Source: a bacterium (GTDB lineage: Bacteria; Patescibacteriota; Doudnabacteria; UBA920). Taken from it: a stretch of DNA of 64,000 bases. Position numbers and translations under genes: made by a program. The notes under the pieces were generated by a model, which saw nothing but the letters and a program-made list of their open reading frames with translations, did no database searches and was not told where the DNA came from. The stretch's first letter is position 1. Each line of letters starts with the position of its first letter. This document shows positions 47,362 through 56,852 of this stretch, piece by piece. The DNA lies in the NCBI GenBank assembly GCA_021825655.1, contig JAKAGU010000005.1, positions 12,400 to 76,399 of the forward strand, written 5' to 3'.

Positions 47362-48863
47362 GGTTCGAACATCGTTCCATAGGGACTGCTATGACTTTTA
47401 AACCATCCGAAAAGGTGTTTTTTTTATTAATTGACTTTAAATAAAGGGGGTTTTAAACTTAAAGTGGTGTTCATATTTAAAAATAATAAAAATGGCTGAA
47501 GATTATAACGCAGATTTAATTACCCAACTTTTTCTTACTGACGACGTGGAAAAAGCTAAAGAAATTTCAGACGAAATGGTAGGCATAGGGAATCTAATTT
47601 TTCCTCGAATAATATACGAGGCATACAAAAAATTTAAAAACACGTCTAGCTCCCACTATTTTATCTCAGATCTTGCGGGATTTAGGTCACCTGAAGTAGC
47701 AGAAATTATGAAAGAAATAGCCCATGAGGCTACAAAATCTGCTGATTTTGAATTTACACTCGACTACCTGGCAGACATTGAATACTTCGATCCTACTATA
47801 ATCGAAAAAGCTAGCACCTTACTTAAGGACAAGCTATTCCTAAAAGGAACAGATGAGTATGACGTGGAAGCGTGCTTGGCGTATTTAAAAAAATCAAAAA
47901 ATGGCATAAAAGATTTAGAACCCGTATTACAAGCATGCTTTGAAAATGAGGGTCTTGCATACTCCCTAAGAACTAAGGTTCTTCGAGATCTCTTGGTCTC
48001 GAATAAACAACTCATTAACTATTACTACGAAAATTACGATAAAATAAAAAACAAAAAGGCCGAAATAATTTTTGCTGAAGAAATTTCTACATGGCAGGGA
48101 GGGATAATACCAGAACTTCATAAAAAGATTTTAAAAAACGGCTCTAGAAGGGCACAAGAAATCATAGAAGAAGCACAGACAAAAAGAACCAAAACAAAAG
48201 ATCAAGCCGAAAAAAAAGAACAAGAAAAGATAAAAGGTACATACGAAACAGCAGATATTGTTTCCGGCATTGCTGCATTAAGGACAAAGGTTAACAGGAT
48301 CAGCTCGGCTGATAAAAGGTTTGGCTTTCCTTTCTTTGCACAATCGGAAGAATTTTATGAACAAAATAAACCCGCTCAAAATAAAGCCTCTTTAGTGGGT
48401 TATTGTATGGTTCTACGAGAGTTCCTGCAAAAATTTGATGAAGCTATAAAAGATTCCGTGATCCCAGTAGACAAAGCAAAGCAATTTTTACCTGAAATAC
48501 AGGACTGGGGTGGAAGTATTAATAAATTTCACTATCTACTTTTGGATAAAGGTGTAACTGTAGATAAAGGAATTTTCGGTTTAAGAAATATAAATAGACT
48601 TGTTACAAAACTTGCACACCCAAACGAAACACTAGGGGAAGAATTTATTAATTTGTTGACTGAAGAAAAATTATTGGATATGTATACAAAAGACAACTGG
48701 TCACTGTTGCATAGAGAAATATTACTACGATATGAAAAAGTATTAGAAAAATTAATCGCAGCTCTTTCGGAGGGAAGTACTGGCTAATATTAGTTACAGT
48801 TCCAATTTAGTCAAAAAAGGCTGACGTTTTCTCAACTTCGGTTTGAACATCGTTTCATAGGGA
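47362..48863. mobile_element. Putative single-gene cassette bounded by 24-bp direct repeats
   Basis: GGTTCGAACATCGTTCCATAGGGA (47362-47385) vs GGTTTGAACATCGTTTCATAGGGA (48840-48863), 22/24 identical; visibly AT-rich cargo. Confidence 0.6.
47492..48787 (+). CDS. Hypothetical protein, AT-rich, likely horizontally acquired
   Basis: 431-aa helical ORF with A/T-ending codons unlike its neighbours. Confidence 0.8.
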   Translation: MAEDYNADLITQLFLTDDVEKAKEISDEMVGIGNLIFPRIIYEAYKKFKNTSSSHYFISDLAGFRSPEVAEIMKEIAHEATKSADFEFTLDYLADIEYFDPTIIEKASTLLKDKLFLKGTDEYDVEACLAYLKKSKNGIKDLEPVLQACFENEGLAYSLRTKVLRDLLVSNKQLINYYYENYDKIKNKKAEIIFAEEISTWQGGIIPELHKKILKNGSRRAQEIIEEAQTKRTKTKDQAEKKEQEKIKGTYETADIVSGIAALRTKVNRISSADKRFGFPFFAQSEEFYEQNKPAQNKASLVGYCMVLREFLQKFDEAIKDSVIPVDKAKQFLPEIQDWGGSINKFHYLLLDKGVTVDKGIFGLRNINRLVTKLAHPNETLGEEFINLLTEEKLLDMYTKDNWSLLHREILLRYEKVLEKLIAALSEGSTG

Positions 48864-49102
48864 ATATCTGAAATAAATTATATTATTTGATTGTAGGAAC
48901 GATAGGAAAGCAGAAAATACCTAGTTTTGGCTTTCGCCTGCGGGTTTTTTCTCTTCTGGCTATACAAGTTTTTACCCCGGAACCCAAGCCCTGGACAACC
49001 GGCATAAAATTCCTCTAATTTGTAGTTGATTTATTGGAATAGTGCTATAATATGTAGGCATTTGACCCAAGATAATTAACCCATAAAAGGAGACCTACGC
49101 AT

Positions 49103-49396
49103 ATGAACAAGCTGCAATTTACGGAACAATTGGCGGCCAAATTGGGCATTACCGTCAGCGAAGCCGAAAGGTATTTGAACACCTTTATCCAAATGGTTTA
49201 CGATGTGCTTAGAAACGGTGATAAAGTAAACATTTCAGGCTTTGGCCAGTTCAGCGTATCCCATCGCGCTCCCAGAATCGGTGTTAACCCCCGGAACCCT
49301 ACCCAGAAGATTACCATTCCGGAATTGAATACGCCGAAGTTCAAGGCTGGCGAGGCTTTCAAGGAAGCGGTGAAGCTGAGAAGCCCCCAGGGTTAG
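49103..49396 (+). CDS. hup: HU family DNA-binding protein
   Basis: MNK, V.ISGFGQF, R.GVNPRNP, PKFKAGEAFKEAV; AAAGGAG SD. Confidence 0.95.
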   Translation: MNKLQFTEQLAAKLGITVSEAERYLNTFIQMVYDVLRNGDKVNISGFGQFSVSHRAPRIGVNPRNPTQKITIPELNTPKFKAGEAFKEAVKLRSPQG

Positions 49397-49487
49397 GAAT
49401 TTTTATTAATTTTAGTCAGAGCGAAAACCCCCGGAAAGGGGGTTTTATTTTTTCTTTGAAAATGTTATAATCAGCACACGAAAAAAT

Positions 49488-49562
49488 GCGGGTATCGTAT
49501 AATGGTTATTATCTCAGTTTTCCAAACTGATGATGCGGGTTCGATTCCCGCTACCCGCTCCA
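49488..49562 (+). tRNA. tRNA-Gly(TCC)
   Basis: GCGGGTA/TACCCGC acceptor stem, TCAGT-TTTCCAA-ACTGA anticodon arm, GGTTCGATTCC, CCA. Confidence 0.95.
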
Positions 49563-49572
49563 AGGCAATCCT

Positions 49573-50091
49573 ATGAATTATTTTCTTTTATCAATAGCTA
49601 TTGTGGCAGGCTATTTTTTTATTGTCTTTGTTCTGCTCCGTTTGGTCGCCCCGTATATGGGGTTCAGGCCGTACCCTTTGCCTGTTGAGATTCCAGGGGA
49701 AATGAAAAGCGCAATCTTGAATTTGGAAAACCAAACCCAAGACCAGAATTCATATTTGGAAGCTGTTTATAGATTTGTTTTGGGTCGCTGGGAGCACAGC
49801 CGACTGAAAGCCGGGCTGTTGTTGCCCAAGCTGTTTAAAAAAGATTTAACAGAAATTTGGCACACCAAAGGCTTTGTCTATTGCACCAGCATAAATTTTA
49901 TTGTTTACGTGCTTTTGGCTAAGAGTAAATATTTTACCGCTCAAGATGTTAAGATCAGGCATGTTTTTTTAAACTTCGTACCACACCAATACTTACAGGT
50001 TAGGATTGGGGAAAAATGGGTTGACGTTGACCCTGCTGGGGCGGGCATAAGAAACCAGCCTTTGGGTACGCATGCTAGTTTTTTTGGCTAA
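49573..50091 (+). CDS. Membrane-anchored transglutaminase-like (Cys-His-Asp) protein
   Basis: GFVYCTS...HQYLQV..GEKWVDVDP. Confidence 0.7.
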   Translation: MNYFLLSIAIVAGYFFIVFVLLRLVAPYMGFRPYPLPVEIPGEMKSAILNLENQTQDQNSYLEAVYRFVLGRWEHSRLKAGLLLPKLFKKDLTEIWHTKGFVYCTSINFIVYVLLAKSKYFTAQDVKIRHVFLNFVPHQYLQVRIGEKWVDVDPAGAGIRNQPLGTHASFFG

Positions 50092-50157
50092 TTACCGCTA
50101 ATGGGTAAATTGACAAAAAACCATACCCAGTGTAAGCTAGTTTTAATTAAATATGTG

Positions 50158-50258
50158 CATATCAAGAGAGCAGTTAGGGAACTAGCCCGATGACCTGCCG
50201 GCAACCTGTCCTTTTATGGATAAGGTGCCACCTCTAGCCCTTCACAGGGAAAGATAAT
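50158..50258 (+). promoter_or_regulatory. SAM-I (S-box) riboswitch
   Basis: ATCAAGAG...AGGGA..GCCCGATGA...GGCAACC...GGTGCCA...GAAAGAT directly upstream of metK; terminator-like CCCGT/ACGGG + T-run follows. Confidence 0.88.
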
Positions 50259-50305
50259 TTTTATACCCGTGAAGAACGGGATTTTTTATTAAGAAAGGAA
50301 AAATT

Positions 50306-51499
50306 ATGAAAAAACTGTTTTCTTCCGAGTCCGTGACCGAAGGCCATCCGGATAAAATGGCTGACCAGATTAGCGATGCCGTGTTGGACGCTATTTTAAA
50401 AGCCGATCCCCGCGGCCGCGTGGCTGTGGAAACATTGCTGACCAACGGCGTGTGCGTTGTGGCGGGCGAAGTCACCACCAAGACCTACGTGGATATTCCC
50501 AAGGTGGCGCGCGAGGTCATTAAGGATATTGGCTACACCAATGCGGAGTACGGCTTCCAGTGGGAAACCTCCGGTTTGCTTGTGGCCATTAAGGAACAGT
50601 CTTCCGATATTGCCATGGGCGTGGATGCGTTCGTTAAAGGCAAGAGCGGGGGCGTGATAAAAGAGGATTTGGAAAAAATCGGCGCGGGCGACCAGGGGCT
50701 GATGTTCGGCCTGGCTACGGATGAAACCAAAGAGTACATGCCCTTGCCGATTGTGCTGGCGCATAAATTAACCCAGCGCCTGGCTTATGTGAGAAAACAC
50801 GGTATTGTAAAAGGGCTCCGTCCGGACGGCAAAAGCCAGGTGACCGTGGAGTACAACGGCGACAAGGCCAAGCGCGTGCACACGGTGCTAATTGCGGCCC
50901 AGCATGATCCGGATGTGGACAGCGAGAAACTGAAAAGCGAGATTATCAAACAGGTGATAAAAAAAGTCATTCCCACTAAGCTTTTGGACAAGCATACCCG
51001 GATCTTAGTTAACTCCACGGGCCGCTTTGTGATTGGCGGGCCGCAGGGCGATACGGGGCTGACCGGCCGCAAGATTATTGTGGACACTTATGGCGGCATG
51101 GGCCGGCACGGCGGCGGCTGTTTTTCCGGCAAGGACCCCTCCAAGGTGGACAGGTCGGGCTCTTACATGGCGCGCTATGTGGCCAAAAATTTAGTGGCTG
51201 CGGGTTTGGCCAAAAAACTGGAAGTCCAGGTGGCTTATGCCATTGGGGTGCCTGAGCCTTTGAGTGTGCGCGTGGACACTTTTGGCACGGGCAAAATTCC
51301 CGATGATACCATTGCGGGCATTGTTGGGAAGGTTTTTGATTTGCGGCCGGGCATGATTATTAAGCAGTTAAATTTGCGGCGGCCGATTTACCGCCAGGTA
51401 GCGGCTTATGGCCACTTTGGCCGCAATGACTTAAAGTTGCCCTGGGAAAAACTGGATAAAGTTAAAGAAATCAAAAAACTGGCCAAATTAAGGAAATAA
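50306..51499 (+). CDS. metK: S-adenosylmethionine synthetase
   Basis: [34 protein letters not shown]. Confidence 0.99.
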   Translation: MKKLFSSESVTEGHPDKMADQISDAVLDAILKADPRGRVAVETLLTNGVCVVAGEVTTKTYVDIPKVAREVIKDIGYTNAEYGFQWETSGLLVAIKEQSSDIAMGVDAFVKGKSGGVIKEDLEKIGAGDQGLMFGLATDETKEYMPLPIVLAHKLTQRLAYVRKHGIVKGLRPDGKSQVTVEYNGDKAKRVHTVLIAAQHDPDVDSEKLKSEIIKQVIKKVIPTKLLDKHTRILVNSTGRFVIGGPQGDTGLTGRKIIVDTYGGMGRHGGGCFSGKDPSKVDRSGSYMARYVAKNLVAAGLAKKLEVQVAYAIGVPEPLSVRVDTFGTGKIPDDTIAGIVGKVFDLRPGMIIKQLNLRRPIYRQVAAYGHFGRNDLKLPWEKLDKVKEIKKLAKLRK

Positions 51500-51594
51500 C
51501 CAGGAACAAAAGGGTCTTGCCAAAAGCAAGGCCTTTTTAATAGTTTGTGGTAAAATTAACTCACAGAGATTTATTATCAAGTAATCAATTCTAT

Positions 51595-51909
51595 ATGAAA
51601 TCATCAGGTGAACATCGGTATTCCGAGCATGTCCATAAGGCAGGAGAGGCTTTTGATAGCCTGCAGGAAGCCGAAGCCAAGCAAAAAGAGCTGGAGGCCG
51701 AGCTTAGAGCGGCCACGCAGAAAAGGCTGCATACCCAAGACCAGGCAAGTTTGGATGAATTAAGCAGGGACATAGCCAGGCTGAATGACCAAATACTTTT
51801 TTTTGAGGGCGAAAAGGCCCGGCTGGCGGCCGAAGTGGGGGAGCATACCGATAAGCATTTGAAAGGTGAGGAGTTGCTGGAGCATACCGAAACCAAACAC
51901 ATAAACTAA
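51595..51909 (+). CDS. Hypothetical coiled-coil protein
   Basis: Heptad-rich ORF; ATG 51595; ends 6 bp before tkt. Confidence 0.6.
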   Translation: MKSSGEHRYSEHVHKAGEAFDSLQEAEAKQKELEAELRAATQKRLHTQDQASLDELSRDIARLNDQILFFEGEKARLAAEVGEHTDKHLKGEELLEHTETKHIN

Positions 51910-51915
51910 GTTTGT

Positions 51916-53763
51916 ATGAAAAATAATTTAGAACAGCTTGCCAAGCTGGTGCGTTACCATATTTTAACCTCTACCACGGCCGCAGGCAGCGGCCACCCGA
52001 CTTCGTCCTTGTCCGCAGCGGATGTCATGACCGGGCTGTTTTTTGGCGGTTATTACCGTTTTGACTTAAGCCAGCCGGACAATCCGGCCAATGACCGGCT
52101 GATTTTTTCCAAAGGCCACGCCAGCCCCTTGTTCTATTCACTGTATGCGGCTGCCGACAAAATCAGCAGCGAGGAAATGCTGACCTTGCGCCAGTTTGGT
52201 TCGCGTTTGGAAGGCCATCCAACCCTGGAATTTCCCTATACGGAAGTGCCGACCGGTTCTTTGGGCCAGGGCCTGTCCGTGGGCGTGGGCGAGGCGCTGA
52301 ATGCCAAGCTCGACAAATTGCCCGGCCGGGTGTTTGTGCTTTTGGGCGATTCGGAAATGGCCGAAGGCAGCGTGTGGGAAGCCATGCAGCTGGCTGCCCA
52401 CTATAAATTGGACAATTTGTTGGCTGTGATTGATGTAAACCGTTTGGGCCAAAGGGGCGAGACCATGCAGGGCCATAATTTGGAAGATTTTAAACGCAAA
52501 GGCGAGGCTTTTGGCTGGCAAACGGAAAGCATTGACGGACACAATCTGGGAGAAATTGACGCTGTTTATAAAAAATTATTGTCAGAACAGAACGGCCTGC
52601 CTAAGCTGGTGGTGGCTAAAACTTTAAAAGGCAAAGGCGTGTCTTTTCTGGAAGACCAGGACAACTGGCACGGCAAAGCTTTAAAACAGGAAGAATTGGC
52701 AAAAGCTTTGCAGGAGCTGGGCGAAGTGGATAAAACTTTGGTAGGCGAAGTTCAGTTGCCCGAACAGGCTGCAAAACCCGCGCCATTGCCCGGGAATTCG
52801 TCCGTTAAGCTCACTGCTTATCCCCAGGATAAAACTGTGGCCACGCGCAAGGCTTATGGCAATGCGCTGGTGAATTTGGCCGCAGCCTATCCCAACTTGG
52901 TGGTGCTGGATGCGGAAACCAGCAATTCCACTTATGCGGCGGACATTAAAAAGAATTATCCGGAAAAATTTATAGAGTGCTACATTGCGGAGCAGAACAT
53001 GGCCGGCATGGCCTTGGGTTTTTCCCGCCGCGGCAAACTGCCGTTCGTGTCCACTTTTGCCGCATTTTTGTCCCGCGCGTTTGACCAGATCCGCATGTCG
53101 CAGTACGCGGCCGGCAACATTAAGTTTTGCGGCTCGCACGCCGGGGTTTCTATCGGCGAGGACGGCAGCAGCCAAATGGGCCTGGAGGAGCTGTCTATGT
53201 TCCGGTCTGTGTCCGGCAGCGTGGTGCTGTACCCGTCGGACGCGGTGTCCGCGGAAAAGCTGGTGTGGGAGGCGGCGCGCCACCAGGGGAACGTCTACAT
53301 CCAGACCACGCGCAAGGAAACCCCCATTTTATACGCCGCAGAGGAAGATTTTCCCATTGGCGGCTCCAAAACCTTAAAATTTTCGGCCCACGACCAGGCA
53401 ACGGTAATTGGTGCGGGCGTGACTTTGCACGAAGCTTTGGCAGCGTATGAAGAGTTGCAAAAGGAGAATATCGATATTCGCGTGGTGGATTTGTACTCCA
53501 TTAAGCCGCTCGACGTGGATATGCTGAAGAAAGCCGCTGCGGAAACCGGGAAGATTTTGACCGTGGAGGACAACCACCACGAGGGCGGTTTGGCGGAAGC
53601 CGTACTTTACGGCTTAAACGAACTGGCCGGCAGCAGCGCGAAATTTAAAGCGCTTTCAGTGAAAAAAACGCCGCATAGCGGCAAGCCGGACGAACTTTTG
53701 GCCTATGAAGAAATAAACGCCGCGGCCATTGTTAAAGCAGTAAAAGCTTTAGTCCATGGATAG
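51916..53763 (+). CDS. tkt: Transketolase
   Basis: SGHPTS, SKGHA, GSLGQG, GDSE TPP motif, IAEQNM, GEDGSSQ. Confidence 0.96.
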   Translation: MKNNLEQLAKLVRYHILTSTTAAGSGHPTSSLSAADVMTGLFFGGYYRFDLSQPDNPANDRLIFSKGHASPLFYSLYAAADKISSEEMLTLRQFGSRLEGHPTLEFPYTEVPTGSLGQGLSVGVGEALNAKLDKLPGRVFVLLGDSEMAEGSVWEAMQLAAHYKLDNLLAVIDVNRLGQRGETMQGHNLEDFKRKGEAFGWQTESIDGHNLGEIDAVYKKLLSEQNGLPKLVVAKTLKGKGVSFLEDQDNWHGKALKQEELAKALQELGEVDKTLVGEVQLPEQAAKPAPLPGNSSVKLTAYPQDKTVATRKAYGNALVNLAAAYPNLVVLDAETSNSTYAADIKKNYPEKFIECYIAEQNMAGMALGFSRRGKLPFVSTFAAFLSRAFDQIRMSQYAAGNIKFCGSHAGVSIGEDGSSQMGLEELSMFRSVSGSVVLYPSDAVSAEKLVWEAARHQGNVYIQTTRKETPILYAAEEDFPIGGSKTLKFSAHDQATVIGAGVTLHEALAAYEELQKENIDIRVVDLYSIKPLDVDMLKKAAAETGKILTVEDNHHEGGLAEAVLYGLNELAGSSAKFKALSVKKTPHSGKPDELLAYEEINAAAIVKAVKALVHG

Positions 53764-54700
53764 GAATTTGGCTTTGGAATTTGTTCGCGTAACCGAGGCC
53801 GCGGCTATTGCCTCGGCCCGCTGGATTGGCAAAGGCGACAAGCACAGGGCCGATGGCGCGGCCGTAAAGGAGATGCGCGCCCGGTTTAACCAAATGGACT
53901 TTAAAGGGCAGGTGGTGATTGGCGAGGGTGCCAAAGATGAAGCCCCGGAATTATACGTAGGCGAACGCGTGGGCAAGGGCAAGAGTCCGGTTTTGGATTT
54001 GGCGGTTGACCCTTTGGAATGCACGGACAGCGTGGCCTTTGGGCGCTACAACGCCATGTCGGTCATCGTGGCGGGCGCGAAAAACAGCTTGCTTTCCGCA
54101 CCGGACGTGTATATGGAAAAATTGGCCGCCGGGCCCAGGGCCGCCAAAAGCATCAAGTTTGGCGCGCCCGTCAAGCAGAATCTGCAAAAGGCCGCCCGCG
54201 CTTTGGGGAAAAAAGTCAGTGAGATGACCGTGGTGATTTTGGACCGTGAACGGCATCAGGAGTTAATCCAGCAGGTGCGCCGGGCCGGCGCGCGCGTCCG
54301 TTTAATTACGGATGGGGATGTGGCCGGGGCGATTGCGCCCAGCCTGCCGGAGAGCGGCATTGACCTGCTTATGGGCATTGGCGCTTCGGCCGAGGCCGTG
54401 CTGGCGGCGGCTGCGGTTAAAACCCTGGGCGGACAGATATTTTGCCGCTTTTCCCCGCACAAGGAAAAACATGTTAAGCTGATTAAGCAGGCAGGCCTAA
54501 ATTTAAGCAAGGTTTACAGCGCCGCTGATTTGGCCAAAGGCAAAATTTTGACCTTTACAGCCACAGGAGTCATAGATGGGCCGCTATTGGCCGGAGTCAG
54601 GTTTTCCGATCATACGATTTTGACCCATTCCGTGGTAATCCGCGGCCAGTCCGGCACAGTCAGATATATTTCTACGCAACATCATTTAAAGTACAAATAA
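53756..54700 (+). CDS. glpX: Class II fructose-1,6-bisphosphatase
   Basis: VRVTEAAA, VIGEG.KDEAP, AVDPLE, DGDVAG. Confidence 0.95.
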   Translation: MDRNLALEFVRVTEAAAIASARWIGKGDKHRADGAAVKEMRARFNQMDFKGQVVIGEGAKDEAPELYVGERVGKGKSPVLDLAVDPLECTDSVAFGRYNAMSVIVAGAKNSLLSAPDVYMEKLAAGPRAAKSIKFGAPVKQNLQKAARALGKKVSEMTVVILDRERHQELIQQVRRAGARVRLITDGDVAGAIAPSLPESGIDLLMGIGASAEAVLAAAAVKTLGGQIFCRFSPHKEKHVKLIKQAGLNLSKVYSAADLAKGKILTFTATGVIDGPLLAGVRFSDHTILTHSVVIRGQSGTVRYISTQHHLKYK

Positions 54701-54703
54701 AAC

Positions 54704-55621
54704 ATGCCAAAACGGGATTTAGGCTACATTCAGCCGCTATATGTGCTGGCTTTCGACCATCGCGCCAGCTTTGTAAAAAATATGCTCGGGGTTACCGGCC
54801 AGCCGGATATGGACCAGGTTAAGCAAGTGGTGGATTTTAAAAATGTGATTTTTGAAGGCTTTAAGCGCGGCGTGGAATTGGGTGTGCCTAAGGCTCAGGC
54901 TGCGGTGCTGTGTGATGAACAGTTCGGCGATGCGGTCTTGCGCGGCGCGCGCGCTGCCGGTTTTGTGTTTGCCGCCTGCACGGAAAAAAGCGGACAAAAA
55001 GAGTTTGATTTTGAATACGGCGCCGACTTTGGCGTGCACCTTACGGAATACGCGCCGACTTTTGCCAAGGCCCTGGTGCGCTATAACCCCAAGGACGACA
55101 AGGACATGAACCGCCGCCAGTTGGAAAAGTTGAAAATTTTGAGCGAATACTGCCACGCCAACAACCTGAAGTTTTTAATCGAACCGCTGGTAGCCGCCCT
55201 GCCTGAACAGCTGGAAAAAGTGGGCGGAGACCAGGGCAGGTATGATTTGGAAATCCGGCCCAAGCTTATGGTGGAAATGGTCAAACAGATGCAGGAGGGC
55301 GGCGTGGAGCCCGACGTGTGGAAAATAGAAGGCTTGGAAGACACCGCGGAGTACGAAGCCGTGGTAAAACAGGCCCGGTCAGGCGGCCGCGACCAGGTGA
55401 GCGCAGTAATTTTAGGCCGGGGCGCCAGCCAGAGCCAGGTGGAAAAGTGGCTCAAGGCCGCCAGCCGCGCCGAAGGCGTGGTGGGCTTTGCCATTGGCCG
55501 GAGCATTTTCCACGAGGCGCTGATGAAGTACAAAACCGCAGAGCTTACCCGCGAGGAAGCCGTGGAAAAAATCGCCAACAAGTACCTGCATTTTTATCAA
55601 ATTTATACGCAAAACAATTAA
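54704..55621 (+). CDS. DUF2090 (IolC C-terminal/LacD-like) class I aldolase-fold protein
   Basis: LAFDHR, KALVRYNP, PDVWKIEG, ILGRG, GFAIGRSIF. Confidence 0.85.
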   Translation: MPKRDLGYIQPLYVLAFDHRASFVKNMLGVTGQPDMDQVKQVVDFKNVIFEGFKRGVELGVPKAQAAVLCDEQFGDAVLRGARAAGFVFAACTEKSGQKEFDFEYGADFGVHLTEYAPTFAKALVRYNPKDDKDMNRRQLEKLKILSEYCHANNLKFLIEPLVAALPEQLEKVGGDQGRYDLEIRPKLMVEMVKQMQEGGVEPDVWKIEGLEDTAEYEAVVKQARSGGRDQVSAVILGRGASQSQVEKWLKAASRAEGVVGFAIGRSIFHEALMKYKTAELTREEAVEKIANKYLHFYQIYTQNN

Positions 55622-55631
55622 ATACAATTAA

Positions 55632-56408
55632 ATGGAAGCATTTATGGTTACCAAGGGAAAAAATCCAAACCACCACGACGGGCACGAGGTTGTATGCTTT
55701 ACCTCCCAGGGCAGGGAAATCTGCATCCCGGTGTCCCAGCTGGAACATATTTTTAAAAAAGGCAAAACCCGCGAAGTTTCGACCTGGACTATATTTAAGA
55801 TTATGGCCGAGTTTATTGCGGGTTTTGAGTTTTTAAAGCGCTACAAGAAAGCGGTCAGTATTATGGGCAGCGCGCGCGTGGGCCTGCAAAACGGGGTGTA
55901 CCAGGAAGCAACGGATTTGGCCAGCAAGCTGTCTAAGGCCGGTTTTGCGGTGATTACCGGCGGCGGTCCGGGTATAATGGAAGCCGGCAACAAGGGCGCG
56001 TTCGAAGCGGGCGGCCGGAGCGTGGGCATTAACATCAAGCTGCCGTTTGAGCAGCGCACCAACGCCTATGTTAAAGAGTCGGAAAGTTTTAGCTTCTTTT
56101 TTACCCGCAAGGTCATGCTGGAAACCGCTTCCAGCGTTTACATTTTTTTCCCCGGCGGGTTCGGCACCTTGGATGAACTGTTTGAAATGATTACCTTGAT
56201 CCAGACCAAAAAAATCCGCCCCGTGCCGATTATCCTGGTCAACCGGGAGTTCTGGCAGCCGCTGCTTGAGTGGATCAAGGCTTATATTTATGAAAAAAAT
56301 AAAGCCATCGACAAAGCGGATATGGAAATATACCATTTGGTGAACAATGCCGATGAGGCCTACAAGCTGATTAAGGAACTTTCCAAGAATAAGAATTTAT
56401 TCAACTAG
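55632..56408 (+). CDS. LOG family (TIGR00730) nucleotide phosphoribohydrolase
   Basis: GSAR, TGGGPGIME, FFTRK, PGGFGTLDE. Confidence 0.93.
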   Translation: MEAFMVTKGKNPNHHDGHEVVCFTSQGREICIPVSQLEHIFKKGKTREVSTWTIFKIMAEFIAGFEFLKRYKKAVSIMGSARVGLQNGVYQEATDLASKLSKAGFAVITGGGPGIMEAGNKGAFEAGGRSVGINIKLPFEQRTNAYVKESESFSFFFTRKVMLETASSVYIFFPGGFGTLDELFEMITLIQTKKIRPVPIILVNREFWQPLLEWIKAYIYEKNKAIDKADMEIYHLVNNADEAYKLIKELSKNKNLFN

Positions 56409-56411
56409 CCT

Positions 56412-56852
56412 ATGTCCGCAAAACGGCCGGGCGGGGAAGGGGAGCCCGACAACATCGATTTCGTCCTGGAGCAGATAAAAATTGATACTGAAAAGGCGCG
56501 GATTATGCCCACCCCGGAGCAGTTTCAGGACCTGGCGCAAAAAGTAAGGGATTTATCCTTGGGCAGGGGGTTTGCCAAAGCCTCGGCGTGGGAAAAGTAC
56601 TCCGCGGATTTAAGTGTTATTTTGGAAATGCTGCCCAAGCCGGCTTCCGTGGAAATCAATGCCAAGTACAAAGAAATTCAGGCCCGGAAATATTACCAGA
56701 GAGCCATATGGGATGAATTTTTTGAGTATGTGTTGTTGTATTTCCACGACCAGGCGGCCAAAAATTATCCAACGCCGGAGGAAAAAGGATTTTGGGAAGC
56801 GTGTTTTGGCAAGTATTTAGAAATGGCTCTTAAGTATAAGGAGATAATGTAA
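56412..56852 (+). CDS. Hypothetical protein
   Basis: 146-aa ORF; stop overlaps the start of tal. Confidence 0.65.
   Translation: MSAKRPGGEGEPDNIDFVLEQIKIDTEKARIMPTPEQFQDLAQKVRDLSLGRGFAKASAWEKYSADLSVILEMLPKPASVEINAKYKEIQARKYYQRAIWDEFFEYVLLYFHDQAAKNYPTPEEKGFWEACFGKYLEMALKYKEIM

Noticed and set aside
47366-47378. LexA/DinR box
   Set aside because: GAAC-N3-GTTC has a 3-nt spacer rather than the N4 of the Firmicute box, and the second copy breaks the symmetry.
48840-48906. Possible integron attC site
   Set aside because: An imperfect palindrome is present, but there are no RYYYAAC/GTTRRRY ends and no intI; kept only as a generic recombination-site candidate.
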